A stretch of DNA of 64,000 bases from Eledone cirrhosa (taxonomy: Eukaryota), in the NCBI GenBank assembly GCA_964016885.1, contig OZ024741.1:125674001-125738000 (forward strand), written 5' to 3'. The notes below the pieces were generated by a model. That model did no database searches. It was not told where the DNA came from and worked only from the letters and a program-made list of their open reading frames with translations. Position 1 is the stretch's first letter. Each line of letters opens with the position of its first letter. Positions 42,490-53,559 of this stretch are shown here, piece after piece. Made by a program: the position numbers and the translations under genes.

Positions 42490-43039
42490 CATTGAATATA
42501 TAAAATATATAGATATATACTAATGAAATCATACAAAATATAATTGTTTCTACTTTTGGCACAAGGCCAGCAATTACCCCAGTACATTACTGGTACTTTA
42601 TTTTATCGACCCCATAAGGATGAAAGGCAAAGTTAACCTCGACTGGATTTGAACTCAGACCGTAAAGGGACGTAACTATGTTAGAAAGCATGGCGTCCAA
42701 CCCTCTACCGATACTGCCAATATAATAGTCGTTAGACTGAAAAGGACACACTATTTTAGTACCTTCTTTTTCACCCTCTTTATGTCATTGTTTTATATTT
42801 ATCCACTTCCTAATCCTTGCAACCCTCTCTGGAAAATGTTTGCCTTCTATGTACTATTTTTTAAAACTATATATATGTGTGTGTGTGTGAATATATATAT
42901 CAATATATTGACACATACACGTGCATGCGCGCGCGCACGTACACACACACACACATCACGCACACACATATGTATATGTTTGCAAAAGGCAAACAGAAAT
43001 AACAAAGCAAACGATAGTTTGTTAGTAGGTCCAGAGTTT

Positions 43040-43068
43040 TAACGTTTCGGACGCTATTCCTTCATCAG
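43040..43068 (-). ncRNA. Minimal hammerhead core
   Basis: CTGATGA-A-GGA-ATAGCG-TCC-GAAA-CGTTA. Confidence 0.6.
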
Positions 43069-43443
43069 AAGATAGAATGTGTGGTCGATAGAGGGAGAGA
43101 TGTCAAGAAATTGGACTAAAGAGTTGGCGACAAGTGGTGAAGATGAGGGCTGGATGAAAAGACTGGACGAAAGAAAGAAGGGAGTTGAGTTGTTTACGGG
43201 AGAGAGAGAGGTAGCGCCGATACAATCGTCAATGTAATGACCGTATATCTCAAGGATCGGACCAGTTTACTGGGAGAAGGTCATCACCACACACCTATTG
43301 TGTTGCATAATATTTTAGCTTGATGACGTCAGTGAAATGCTGAGGTGATGTAAACTGGTCTAGAAATAATTTTCAGAACAAATCCCATTATATTGTTATT
43401 GTAAACATGGACGGACGCACAGACGTAAATATATGCATATGTG

Positions 43444-43524
<81 letters not shown>

Positions 43525-43775
43525 ACACACATACACGCAAGAACAGCAGTAATAAGAACAAAGCACAAATCCAAATAGCAGCCATTTGAGCACTGAATGG
43601 TAATATTTGGGTCTGGCTACCGATGTCGGATTCAACGTCTGGGGTTTCACCATACAGATATTTATTCTGGCTGCTATTTGAATTTGTGGAATGTTCTTGT
43701 TCGAAAATAGATATATTGGTAAATCTACCTAAATACTGACAATCAGATAGGCAGACATATAGAGAAGCAGGTATG

Positions 43776-43810
<35 letters not shown>

Positions 43811-44041
43811 ATTTCTATTTATTTGCCACGAGGGCACAAAAGAAGGGGACATTTACACAGTGGGGGAGTTTACATAAATCGAGTAAAGAAAAAAGGAATA
43901 ACAATAATAATATAATAATAAAAAGTCCTCAAAAGGGAGGGGGCGTGTTCGGGATTGCACATACCCCCGAAAAGTGTGCAACCCTTTTCGCGGGGGAAGC
44001 CCAGAGAGGAGGCGCTCCCCCTTTCCTCTTCACTTCTTCAC

Positions 44042-47000
44042 CTACAGAACAATGTAGAGAGAAGGCCCATTTACACGAGCCATTCTCGCTTCTTTCACCC
44101 ACCTTTCATAAAACTGTCTGGGACCAAGCACTTCTCTCTCCATCCTGATCCTTCTTCCGAAGTGGTATCGGAAGAAGTAAACCAGGTGATGGCCGGAGAG
44201 AAAGTCACCCGACCTCAGACCTTTCAGGCGCGTCCACCACACAACCTCTTTCATCATGGCTATTACGCACAGAAAGACCGCCTCTGCTTCGTTTCTGAAG
44301 GGAGGCGGCGGCTTGATGTTCACCACAGACTCGGCGGTTAATCGAATCGGCGCCACACGCAACAGCAGTCGTTCGACGTAGCCCCACATATCGGCAACGC
44401 CCGGGCAGTGTACCAGTGCATGCGCAACGGTTTCCTCGTCGCGCACGCATCTGGGACAGATCTTTTTCGCTGGATCCCTGCCCGGGCGCCCGTGTCTGTA
44501 GAGCTTTTCTCGAACGGGCAGAGCCCCCCGGTAACACTGCCAGGCTAGGGACGTCTGGAAGTTGTCCATGGGTCCCGGGCCGAAAGTTCTACCGAACAGG
44601 CTGGCCAGTTCGTCCTCCTCCATGCCTAGCGACTCTCCAAGGGTGTCGTCGCCCCTGCTAGCCACCAGCCCTCTATAGAATGTCGAGGTGGATTCTCCAC
44701 TGACAGTCGGGTCCGCTTGCCAGATAGCCGTGAGCGCCTGGGCACACTCGGTGTGCCAGTTGCCCAGTTTTCTCGGTCTTTGCTTCACCCAGGATTGCAG
44801 CTCGGTGAGCGAGACGAGCTGTGGGAAGGCTCGCCTCACAAACGGGGCCCACACCGGCTGACCGGTGAGGAATACCTGTAGATGCCGTAGCCTCAATGCG
44901 TGCCTACGCATCAACAGCCACGGCATACCCAGCCCTCCTTTCGGAGGGTGCTGGCAGCAGATGGATCTCCTCACCATGGGAGGCCGCTTCTTCCAGAGGA
45001 ACTGGAAGAGCATGCGTTCCATGATGGTGATCTTTTCCTTGGGGCAAGGCACGACGGTCAGGCGGTAGCAGATTACGGACGCTATGTAAGCGTTCGTCAC
45101 CTCCGCCCGACCTTTCAGTGATAGTTTGCAGGTGGCCCACTTCTGGGTCAGCGCAAACACCCTGCTCGTCACCTCGCCCCAATTCTTCTCCACCTGGAGG
45201 TCCGGTCCGAACCAGACCCCGAGCAGCTTCACCGGGCCCTCCGTCCACCGCCCGACGACACCGTCTAACGGCATCGGTTTGCCCCTCCACGTTCCGAGTT
45301 GCAAACCGACTGACTTGTCCCGGTTCAGCCTAGCCCCCGTCAGCCTTTCGTATTCCTCCAGTAGGGTGGCGATCGCCCCGATTTCCGAGGCGTCCGCCAC
45401 CATTACTGTTACGTCGTTGGCATAGGCCGAGACCGCTTTGTGCAATCCCGGTTCCAGGGGTATGCTCCGCAGCAACTCCAACTTCCGCAGCAGTGGCTCG
45501 AGAGTCAATACGTACAGAAGGGAGGAGAGGGGGCACCCCTGTCTGATGGACCGGGTGATTTTGAACGGCTCCGAGAGGTAGCCGTTTACTTTAATCCTAG
45601 AGTAGATGTTGCCACTGTGCATGGCAGAAATCCAGCCCCTGAAAACGGGTCCGAAGCCCGCCGCCGCTAGCATCGCATCCAGGTAACCATGGTCGACCCT
45701 ATCGAACGCCTTAGATTGATCCAAGTTGATCAGGGCCCCACCAAAGCCGGGTTCGTTGCCAACCATCTCTATGATGTATCGCATGAGGTGGAGGTTGTCG
45801 TGAATGGACCTGGACGGGATAGCGCATGTCTGCGCGTCTCCCACCAAACCACCCACCACAAGCGCCAACCTCTTCGCCAACACCTTGGCCAAAATCTGTA
45901 ACTCAGCATTTAGCAGAGTTATGGGCCTAAAGTTACTTAAGTCGTCCCCCTTGCTCTCGTCCTTCCTCACTAGCGTGACCACGCCCTTGGTCACAGAACA
46001 GGGAATTCTCCCGTTCTGTTGCCAGTTGCAATAGACAGCCTCGAGGAGTTCGGAAAACAAGACCGGCATAGCTAAATAAAGTTCGTATGGTAGACCATCG
46101 AGACCCGGAGATTTGCGTCTGCTGCATTGGCTGAGCGCTTCCCCGATTTCAGTGGCTGTGATTGGCCTTTCGCAGCACTCCGCTTCGCCGCACGAAAGAC
46201 GCGGTAGACCGTCGAGGTATGGACCGAAGTCCACATCCCCGTACGGCCCCCCCGCCCCCTCCGAACAGTCGAGCAAAGTGCCTTTGAAAGGCCTCGCACA
46301 TCCGCTCAGGTTCAAGGATCACCCGTCCATCCTGGTCTCGCAAAGACCGAATGGTGGATTTAATCCCACTCTTGGCTTCTGTCACGCGGGCCCAGCTAAC
46401 AGCTTTGGTCCCCTCGTTTCCTAAAGCACGTATTTTACTTCGGACAACGCAGCCTTCGTGCTTCGCGTCAAAGAACTGGCTCAACGCCGTTCTCGCCGCT
46501 AACACTCTGGCTACGTCTCCGCTCCTAATCGCCTCTTCTAGTTTATCTGTTAACTCCCTTTCCTTCCTATTTCTATTCGCCGCTAGTTCCTTACTGTAAC
46601 CTATCGAACTTACTCTAATCTCTCTCTTTAGAGATACCCACCACCTACTGTTGACAATCGCTCCCGTCAACCGCATCTTAACTAAGCTACTAATCCGGTT
46701 CCTGTAATCTTTCTTTGCCGGCAAGGACAAGTTCATCTTCCAGTAACCGGGACCCTGTCTATGCGTTCTATCAAGGTTGACCACGCAGGTCACTAATTTG
46801 TGATCTGAATAGCCAACCATGATCAATTCTGGACAACTAAATACGTCCCTATCCTTACTCCTAACCAAAAACCTATCTAGGTACGATCTAGATTGTCCAC
46901 TGCGGTTTGCCCAGGTCCAGGTTGGCGCAGTTGGACAATCTAGTCGAAATCTATCGACCAGGTCGAATCGATCGAGTAACCCCTTGAGGCTGCTACACCC

Positions 47001-47475
47001 CCCTCTATCGGGACATGCCCCTGCATAGTCCCAACGCGCATCTAGGATTCCATTCCAGTCCCCCACTAAAAGCAGGGAACGCGACGTTCCTAGAAAAGTC
47101 TCCAGACGCTGGAAGAAGTCGGCTCTTTCAGCCCCGAAAGGGGCATAAAGACCGACCAGTCTGAAAGCCCCGCCTTCACCGCCTCCGACGTCCAGCACCA
47201 GTATTCGACCCCCCGGGTCCGAGTGAACAATCTGTACGTCGAGAGCCAGACGTTTATCCAGCAGTACGGCAACCCCCCCCCCCCCCGCCTCCGGGTTGAC
47301 AGAGAGATGCGTGCATCTCAAAGTCATCGAAGGCGGGAGCCAGCTGTCGCACGCTGCTGATCCGACTCTCGCAAACAACCATCACATCTGTACTTCGTGA
47401 CCTGAGGTCACTTAGTAGCTTTGCTTGCTTCCAAGCTGAGCCCAGGCCACGCGCGTTCAAACAGCCAACTCTCAA
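44042..47475 (-). CDS. Tx1-like ORF2: APE endonuclease, reverse transcriptase and C-terminal CCHC, copy 1, with two homopolymer frameshifts
   Basis: APE motifs CLNARGL, GDWN, SYLDRF, SDH. RT motifs KSPGLDG, FRPITLLN, LDQSKAFDRV, RQGCPLS, YAND. C-terminal CPRC...ETVAHALVHC. Frameshifts at ~47273-47286 and ~46247-46260. Confidence 0.9.
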
Positions 47476-47480
47476 TTGAT

Positions 47481-49316
47481 CTATTTTGGTGTTGAAAGCG
47501 AAGAAAGAAAAGCACTTACCTCTCCGGGTTGTGTAATTTCCATGGCGTCAGGTGTGTTGGGTGGAGGGATGTTTTGTGGTGGTGTGGGGGTGCCCGAGTG
47601 TGGTTGGGTTGGGGTGTTTGGAGTTGTGTCAGGGAGAGGGGAGGTTATGGGGAAATCTTTCAAGAGGACGCGATTTAACGGTTTTAAACAGGGGGGGGGG
47701 GCTCACGTCCTGTCTAAATTGTTCTTTTAAGGAACGATAAAGGTCTAGAGGGACCTTTATCATTTTTAAATGGGTGAAGTTCTCTGTTGAGATAAAGTTT
47801 GGCCCTTCGGTCTGCACGAAAGGGCTATTGTTTATTAATTTAAACAGTTTTTTGTTTTCTTTATTTATATATGTGTATTGCAATGTCTTTTTTTGTGATG
47901 CTGTCAATGTTTCGGAGAGGGGAGGCGCAGATTTATTTTTGTTTGTTGATGGTGGGGTGTTTTTTATTGGAGTTGGTGTTTGTGTGTGGGTTATTTGTGG
48001 TGTGCTGGGTGTGTGCTTTCTTTTTTTTCTCTTAACTTGTCTGAAGGCTTCTCCTCCTTCTTCTTCAGAAGTTGGGGGAAACTCTTCAGCGCTAGGTGGG
48101 AGGGACGTCGTGTCTGGTTGTTTTTTTTTTGCGGGAGGGGTAGATTTGTTGCTGTTTTTTTTATTATTTGTTTGGAATGCGTTTTGTGGTGGTGGTGGTG
48201 CTGTTTGTGTCGTGCTTGTGGTTGGTAATGGTGGTGGTGGTGTTTGTGTTGGTGATGGTGGTGGTGATTTTTGTGTCGTGCTTGTGTTTGGTGCTGGTGG
48301 TGGTGATGTTTGTGTTGTGCTTGGTGGTGTTTGTATTTTGTTTGCTGTGTGTGGTATTAGTGTATTTTTGGAGGTGGGTGGTGTTGGTGTACTGTTTGTG
48401 ATGGGTATGGGCAATAGTCCTTTTTGGGGGATACGTTTCGGGTAGTTAGCCTTAATGTGTCCCCTTTCCGTGCATAAATAGCATGCTGGTCTTCTCCCCT
48501 CTACAATTATATCTATTGGGGTGAGGTCATCCAGCCAGATGCGATCCGGGATTTGTGCTATTCTTTCGGGCCTCATTTGGACTAGTAGGTCGAGGCCCAT
48601 TCCCAGGAACGCATCTCCGGATGCCTTCCTCATTGACAGCACTGTGTCCTCGCCCATGTCTATGAAGCCAGCAATAGCCCACCAGAAGTGCATTTTGGGC
48701 AGCATTGTTTGTATTTTTACTCTCTGTGTTCTTCTACCCATGTAGGAGGGATAGAAGCTGTATGTTGTCGATGAGAGTGGGCTTAGGGAAAGCTTCTCCG
48801 CCGTTTCCTTGTCTTTTGTTAGGACCGAAATGCTGCCATAGAGTCGGTCCTTTCGTATGAAGAGAATATTCTTCATATAGTCTTTTAGGACCAACTCTAT
48901 TTCCATTTGGCTGGGCTGTGCTGGCTTTCTTGTTTGGTTTAGGATTGTTCTGAAGAGAACTGTGTTCTCTGTTCTCGCTTTCTTGAATTCTGGGGGGGGG
49001 GGGGGTTAATGGAAAACATTCCGTTCTCCCCCAAAACAATGTGTTTCTTTGCTTCTGCCAGTTTTTCTCTGGCGGCCGTTAGGTCAATTGGTGTGTATGT
49101 AATGGATTGTTTTGTTTTCTGGGCGAAAGTTGCCCTGTTGTTATTTGTATTATTTTCTGTTTGTTTGTTTTCCGTTTGCTCATTTTCCTTAACATTTGTT
49201 TTTTCATTTTCTTTGTTTGTTTCGTTGTCTATTTTTGTTGTAATTATTTTTTGTTCTTCAGACTTGGGGTGCGTGGCAGAGCTAATGGCAGACATGTCTG
49301 CCATCTTTTCCGCCAT
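47481..49316 (-). CDS. Tx1-like ORF1 (gag-like nucleic-acid-binding protein), copy 1, frameshifted at G-runs
   Basis: ORF pieces 48939-49343, 47629-48906 and 47481-47663 join at homopolymer G tracts (~48992-49005, ~47692-47701). Knuckle reads CYLCTERGHIKANY (last residue is C in copies 2 and 3). Pro/Thr-rich C-terminus. Confidence 0.8.
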
Positions 49317-49543
49317 GCTGCCAGGAACGAAATTTTTCGGCAAAAATAGATATTTATTTTACCCCCTAAAAAGGGGGTAAATGCAAAAATGTTTCCCTAA
49401 ATAACAGGGGTTAGTGTTCCAAATGTGTTGCACTGAAAAATTTATCCGGTACTTACAATAGTAAGGGTAAATCCCGATGGAATAGCGGAGCCGATGTGAA
49501 GCGTGTCTTACTCTATCAAGATAGATAGATAGATAGATAGATA

Positions 49544-52500
49544 ACTTTCTATTCGCAACCAGGGCATCAAAGATTGGGACAAATACAAGGGTTGGAGTTT
49601 CAAAGGACGTGTAAAAACATATAACAAATAATTTCATTACCGTCTAACGGCATCGGTTTGCCCCTCCACGTTCCGAGTTGCAAACCGACTGACTTGTCCC
49701 GGTTCAGCCTAGCCCCCGTCAGCCTTTCGTATTCCTCCAGTAGGGTGGCGATCGCCCCGATTTCCGAGGCGTCCGCCACCATTACTGTTACGTCGTTGGC
49801 ATAGGCCGAGACCGCTTTGTGCAATCCCGGTTCCAGGGGTAAGCTCCGCAGCAACTCCAACTTCCGCAGCAGTGGTTACGTACAGAAGGGAGGAGAGGGG
49901 GCACCCCTGTCTGATGGACCCGGTGATTTGAAACGGCTCTAAAGTTACTTAAGTCGTCCCCCTTGCTCTCGTCCTTCCTCACTAGCGTGACCACGCCCTT
50001 GGTCACAGAGCAGGGAATTCTCCCGTTCTGTTGCCAGTTGCAATAGACAGCCTCGAGGAGTTCGGAAAACAAGACCGGCATAGCTAAATAAAGTTCGTAT
50101 GGTAGACCATCGAGACCCGGAGATTTGCGTCTGCTGCATTGGCTGAGCGCTTCCCCGATTTCAGTGGCTGTGATTGGCCTTTCGCAGCACTCCGCTTCGC
50201 CGCTCGAAAGACGCGGTAGACCGTCGAGGTATGGACCGAAGTCCACATCCCCGTACGGCCCCCCGCCCCCCTCCGAACAGTCGAGCAAAGTGCCTTTGAA
50301 AGGCCTCGCACATCCGCTCAGGTTCAAGGATCACCCGTCCATCCTGGTCTCGCAAAGACCGAATGGTGGATTTAATCCCACTCTTGGCTTGGGTCACGCG
50401 GGCCCAGCTAACAGCTTTGGTCCCCTCGTTTCCTAAAGCACGTATTTTACTTCGGACAACGCAGCCTTCGTGCTTCGCGTCAAAGAACTGGCTCAACGCC
50501 GTTCTCGCCGCTAACACTCTGGCCACGTCTCCGCTCCTAATCGCCTCTTCTAGTTTATCTGTTAACTCCCTTCCCCTCCTATTTCTATTCGCCGCTAGTT
50601 CCTTACTGTAACCTATCGAACTTACTCTAATCTCTCTCTTTAGAGATACCCACCACCTGCTGTTGACGATCGCTCCCGTCAACCGCATCTTAACTAAGCT
50701 ACTAATCCGGTTTCTGTAAGCTTCCTTTGCCGGCAAGGACAAGTTCATCTTCCAGTAACCGGGACCCTGTCTATGCGTTTTATCAAGGTTGACCACGCAG
50801 GTCACTAATTTGTGATCTGAATAGCCAACCATGATCAATTCTGGACAACAAAAATATCCTTACTCCTAACCAAAAACCTATCTAGGTACGATCTAGATTG
50901 ACCACTGCGGTTTGCCCAGGTCCAGGTTGGCGCAGTTGGACAATCTAGTCGAAATCTATCGACCAGGTCGAATCGATCGAGTAACCCCTTGAGGCTGCTA
51001 CACCCCCCTCTATCGGGACATGCCCCTGCATAGTCCCAACGCGCATCTAGGATTCCATTCCAGTCCCCCACTAAAAGCAGGGAACGCGACGTTCCTAGAA
51101 AGGTCTCCAGACACTGGAAGAAGTCGGCTCTTTCAGCCCCGAAGGGGGCATAAAGACCGACCAGTCTGAAAGCCCCGCCTTCACCGCCTCCGACGTCCAG
51201 CACCAGTAATCAACCCCCCGGGTCCGAGTGAACAATCTGTACGTCGAGAGCCAGACGTTTATCCAGCAGTACGGCAACCCCCCCCCCCCCCCCCCCCCGC
51301 CTCCGGGTTGACAGAGAGATGCGTGCATCTCAAAGTCATCGAAGGCGGGAGCCAGCTGTCGCACGCTGCTGATCCGACTCTCGCAAACAACCATCACATC
51401 TATACTTCGTGACCAGAGGTCACTTAGAAGCTTTGCTTGCTTCCAAGCTGAGCCCAGGCCACGCGCATTCAAACAGCCAACTCTCAATTGATCTATTTTG
51501 GTGTTGAAAGTGAAGAAAGAAAAGCACCTACCTCTCCGGGTTGTGTAATTTCCATGGCGTCGGGTGTGTTGGGTGGAGGGATGTTTTGTGGTGGTGTGGG
51601 GTTATCCGAGTGTGGTGGGTTGGGGTATTTGGAGTTGTGTCAGGGAGAGGGGAGGTTATGGGGAAATCTTTCAAGAGGACGCGATTTAAAGGTTTTAAAC
51701 AGGGGGTGGTGGGGGGCTCACGTCCTGTTTAAATTGTTGTTTTAAGGAACGGTAAAGGTCCAGAGGGACCTTTATCATTTTTAAATGGGTGAAGTTCTCT
51801 GATGAGATAAAGTTTGACCTTTCGGTCTGCACGAAAGGGCTATTGTTTATTAATTTAAACAGTTTTTTGTTTTCTTTATTTATATATGTGTATTGCAAAG
51901 TCTTTTTTTGTGATGCTGTCAATGTTTCGGAGAGGGGAGGCGCAGATTTATTTTTGTTTGTCGAGGGTGGGTGTTTTTGATTGGAGTTGGTGTTTGTGTG
52001 TGGGTTATTTGTGGTGTGCTGGGTGTGTGCTTTCTTTTTTTCTTTTAACTTGTCTGAAGGCTTCTCCTCCTTCTTCTTCAGAAGTTGGGGGGAAACTCTT
52101 CAGCGCTAGGTGGGAGGGACGTGGTGTCTGGTTGGTTTTTTTTTTTTGCGGGAGGGGTAGATTTGTTACTGTTTTTTTTATTATTTGTTTGGAATGCGTT
52201 TTGTGGTGGTGGTGGTGATGTTTGCTTCGTGCTTGTGGTTGGTGATGGTGGTGGTGATGTTTGTGTTGTGGTTGGTGATGGTGGTGGTGATTTTTGTGTC
52301 GTGCTTGTGTTTGGTGCTGGTGGTGGTGATGTTTGTGTTGTGCTTGTGGTTGGTGGTGTCTGTATTTTGTTTGCTGTGTGTGGTATTAGTGTATTTTTGG
52401 AGGTGGGTGGTGTTGGTGTACTGTTTGTGGTGGGTGTGGGCAATAGTCCTTTTTGGGGGATACGTTTCGGGCAGTTAGCCTTAACGTGTCCCCTTTCCGT

Positions 52501-53555
52501 GCATAAATAGCATGCTGGTCTTCTCCCCTCTACAATTATATATATTGGGGTGAGGTCATCCAGCCAGATGCGATCCGGGATTTGTGCTATTCTTTCGGGC
52601 CTCATTTGGACTAGTATGTCGAGGCCCATTCCCAGGAACGCATCTCCAGTTGCCTTCCCCATTGACAGCATTGTGTCTTCGCCCATGTCTATGAAGCCAG
52701 CAATAGCCCACCAGAAGTCCATTGTGGGCAGCATTGTTTTTACTTTTACTCTCTGTGTTCTTCTACCCATGTAGGAGGGATAGAAGCTGTATGTTGTCGA
52801 TGAGAGTGTGCTTAGGGAAAGCTTCTCCGCCGTTTCCTTGTCTTTTGTTAAGACCGAAATGCTGCCATAGAGTCGGTCCTTTCGTATGAAGAGAATATTC
52901 TTCATATAGTCTTTTAGGACCAACTCTATCTCCATTTGGCTGGGTTGTGCTGGCTTTCTCGTTTGGTTTAGGATTGTTCTGAAGAGAACTGTGCTTTCTG
53001 TTCTCGCCTTCTTGAATTCGGGGGGGGGGGGGGGGGGATTAATGGAAAACATTCCGTTCTCCCTCAAGACTATGTGTTTTTTTGCTTCTGCCAGTTTTTC
53101 TCTGGCGGCAGTTAAGTCTATTGGTGTATATATTATGGATTGTTTTCTTTTCTGGGCGAAAGTTGCCTTGTTGTTATTTGTATTCTTATTTTCTGTTTGT
53201 TTGTTTTCCGTTTGCTCATTTTCCTTAACATTTGTTTTTTCATTTTCCTTGTTTGTTTCGTTGTCTAGTTTTGTTGTTTCTATTTTTTGTTCTTCAGACT
53301 TGGGGGGCGTGGCAGAGCTAATGGCAAACATGTCTGCCATCTTTTCCGCCATGCTGCCAAGAAAGAAGTTTTACCGAAAACTAGTTATTTATTTTACCCC
53401 CTAAAAAGGGGGTAAATGTAAAAATGTTTCCCTAAATAACAGGGGTAAGTGTTCCAAATGTGTTGCACTGAAAAAATTCTCTGGTACTTACTATAGTAAG
53501 GGTAAATTCCGATAGAGTAGCGGGGCCGATGTGAAGCGTGTCTCACTCTATCAAG
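49544..53555 (-). mobile_element. Tx1-like LINE copy 2: intact 5' end, internal RT deletion, 3'-truncated and capped by a different 3' end
   Basis: Highly similar to copy 1 over 49639-53555. About 0.35 kb of RT is deleted at ~49940. Segment 49544-49638 is a non-identical 3'UTR-like piece. ORF1 is open for 424 aa (52078-53352). Confidence 0.9.
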
Positions 53556-53559
53556 ATAG

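Larger units (their letters stand above)
43809..49520 (-). mobile_element. Tx1-like (L1 superfamily) non-LTR retrotransposon, full-length copy 1 (~5.7 kb)
   Basis: Has a 5'UTR, ORF1 with zinc knuckle, ORF2 with APE, RT and CCHC, and a 3'UTR ending in a stem-loop plus AATAAA. Flanked on both sides by (GATA)n (43777-43808, 49521-49543). Confidence 0.92.

Noticed and set aside
47481-47519. Apparent 39-nt mini-intron (GTAAGT...pyrimidines...TAG) at the ORF1/ORF2 junction that might fuse the ORFs
   Set aside because: Splicing would give GAG|ATC AAT TGA, i.e. a stop in the ORF1 frame; nearby AG acceptors also miss the ORF2 frame.
47774-48445. Long antisense ORFs over Tx1 ORF1/ORF2 (also 52085-52510 and 54952-55464)
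   Set aside because: Shadow frames of low-complexity Pro/Thr codons; no independent evidence.
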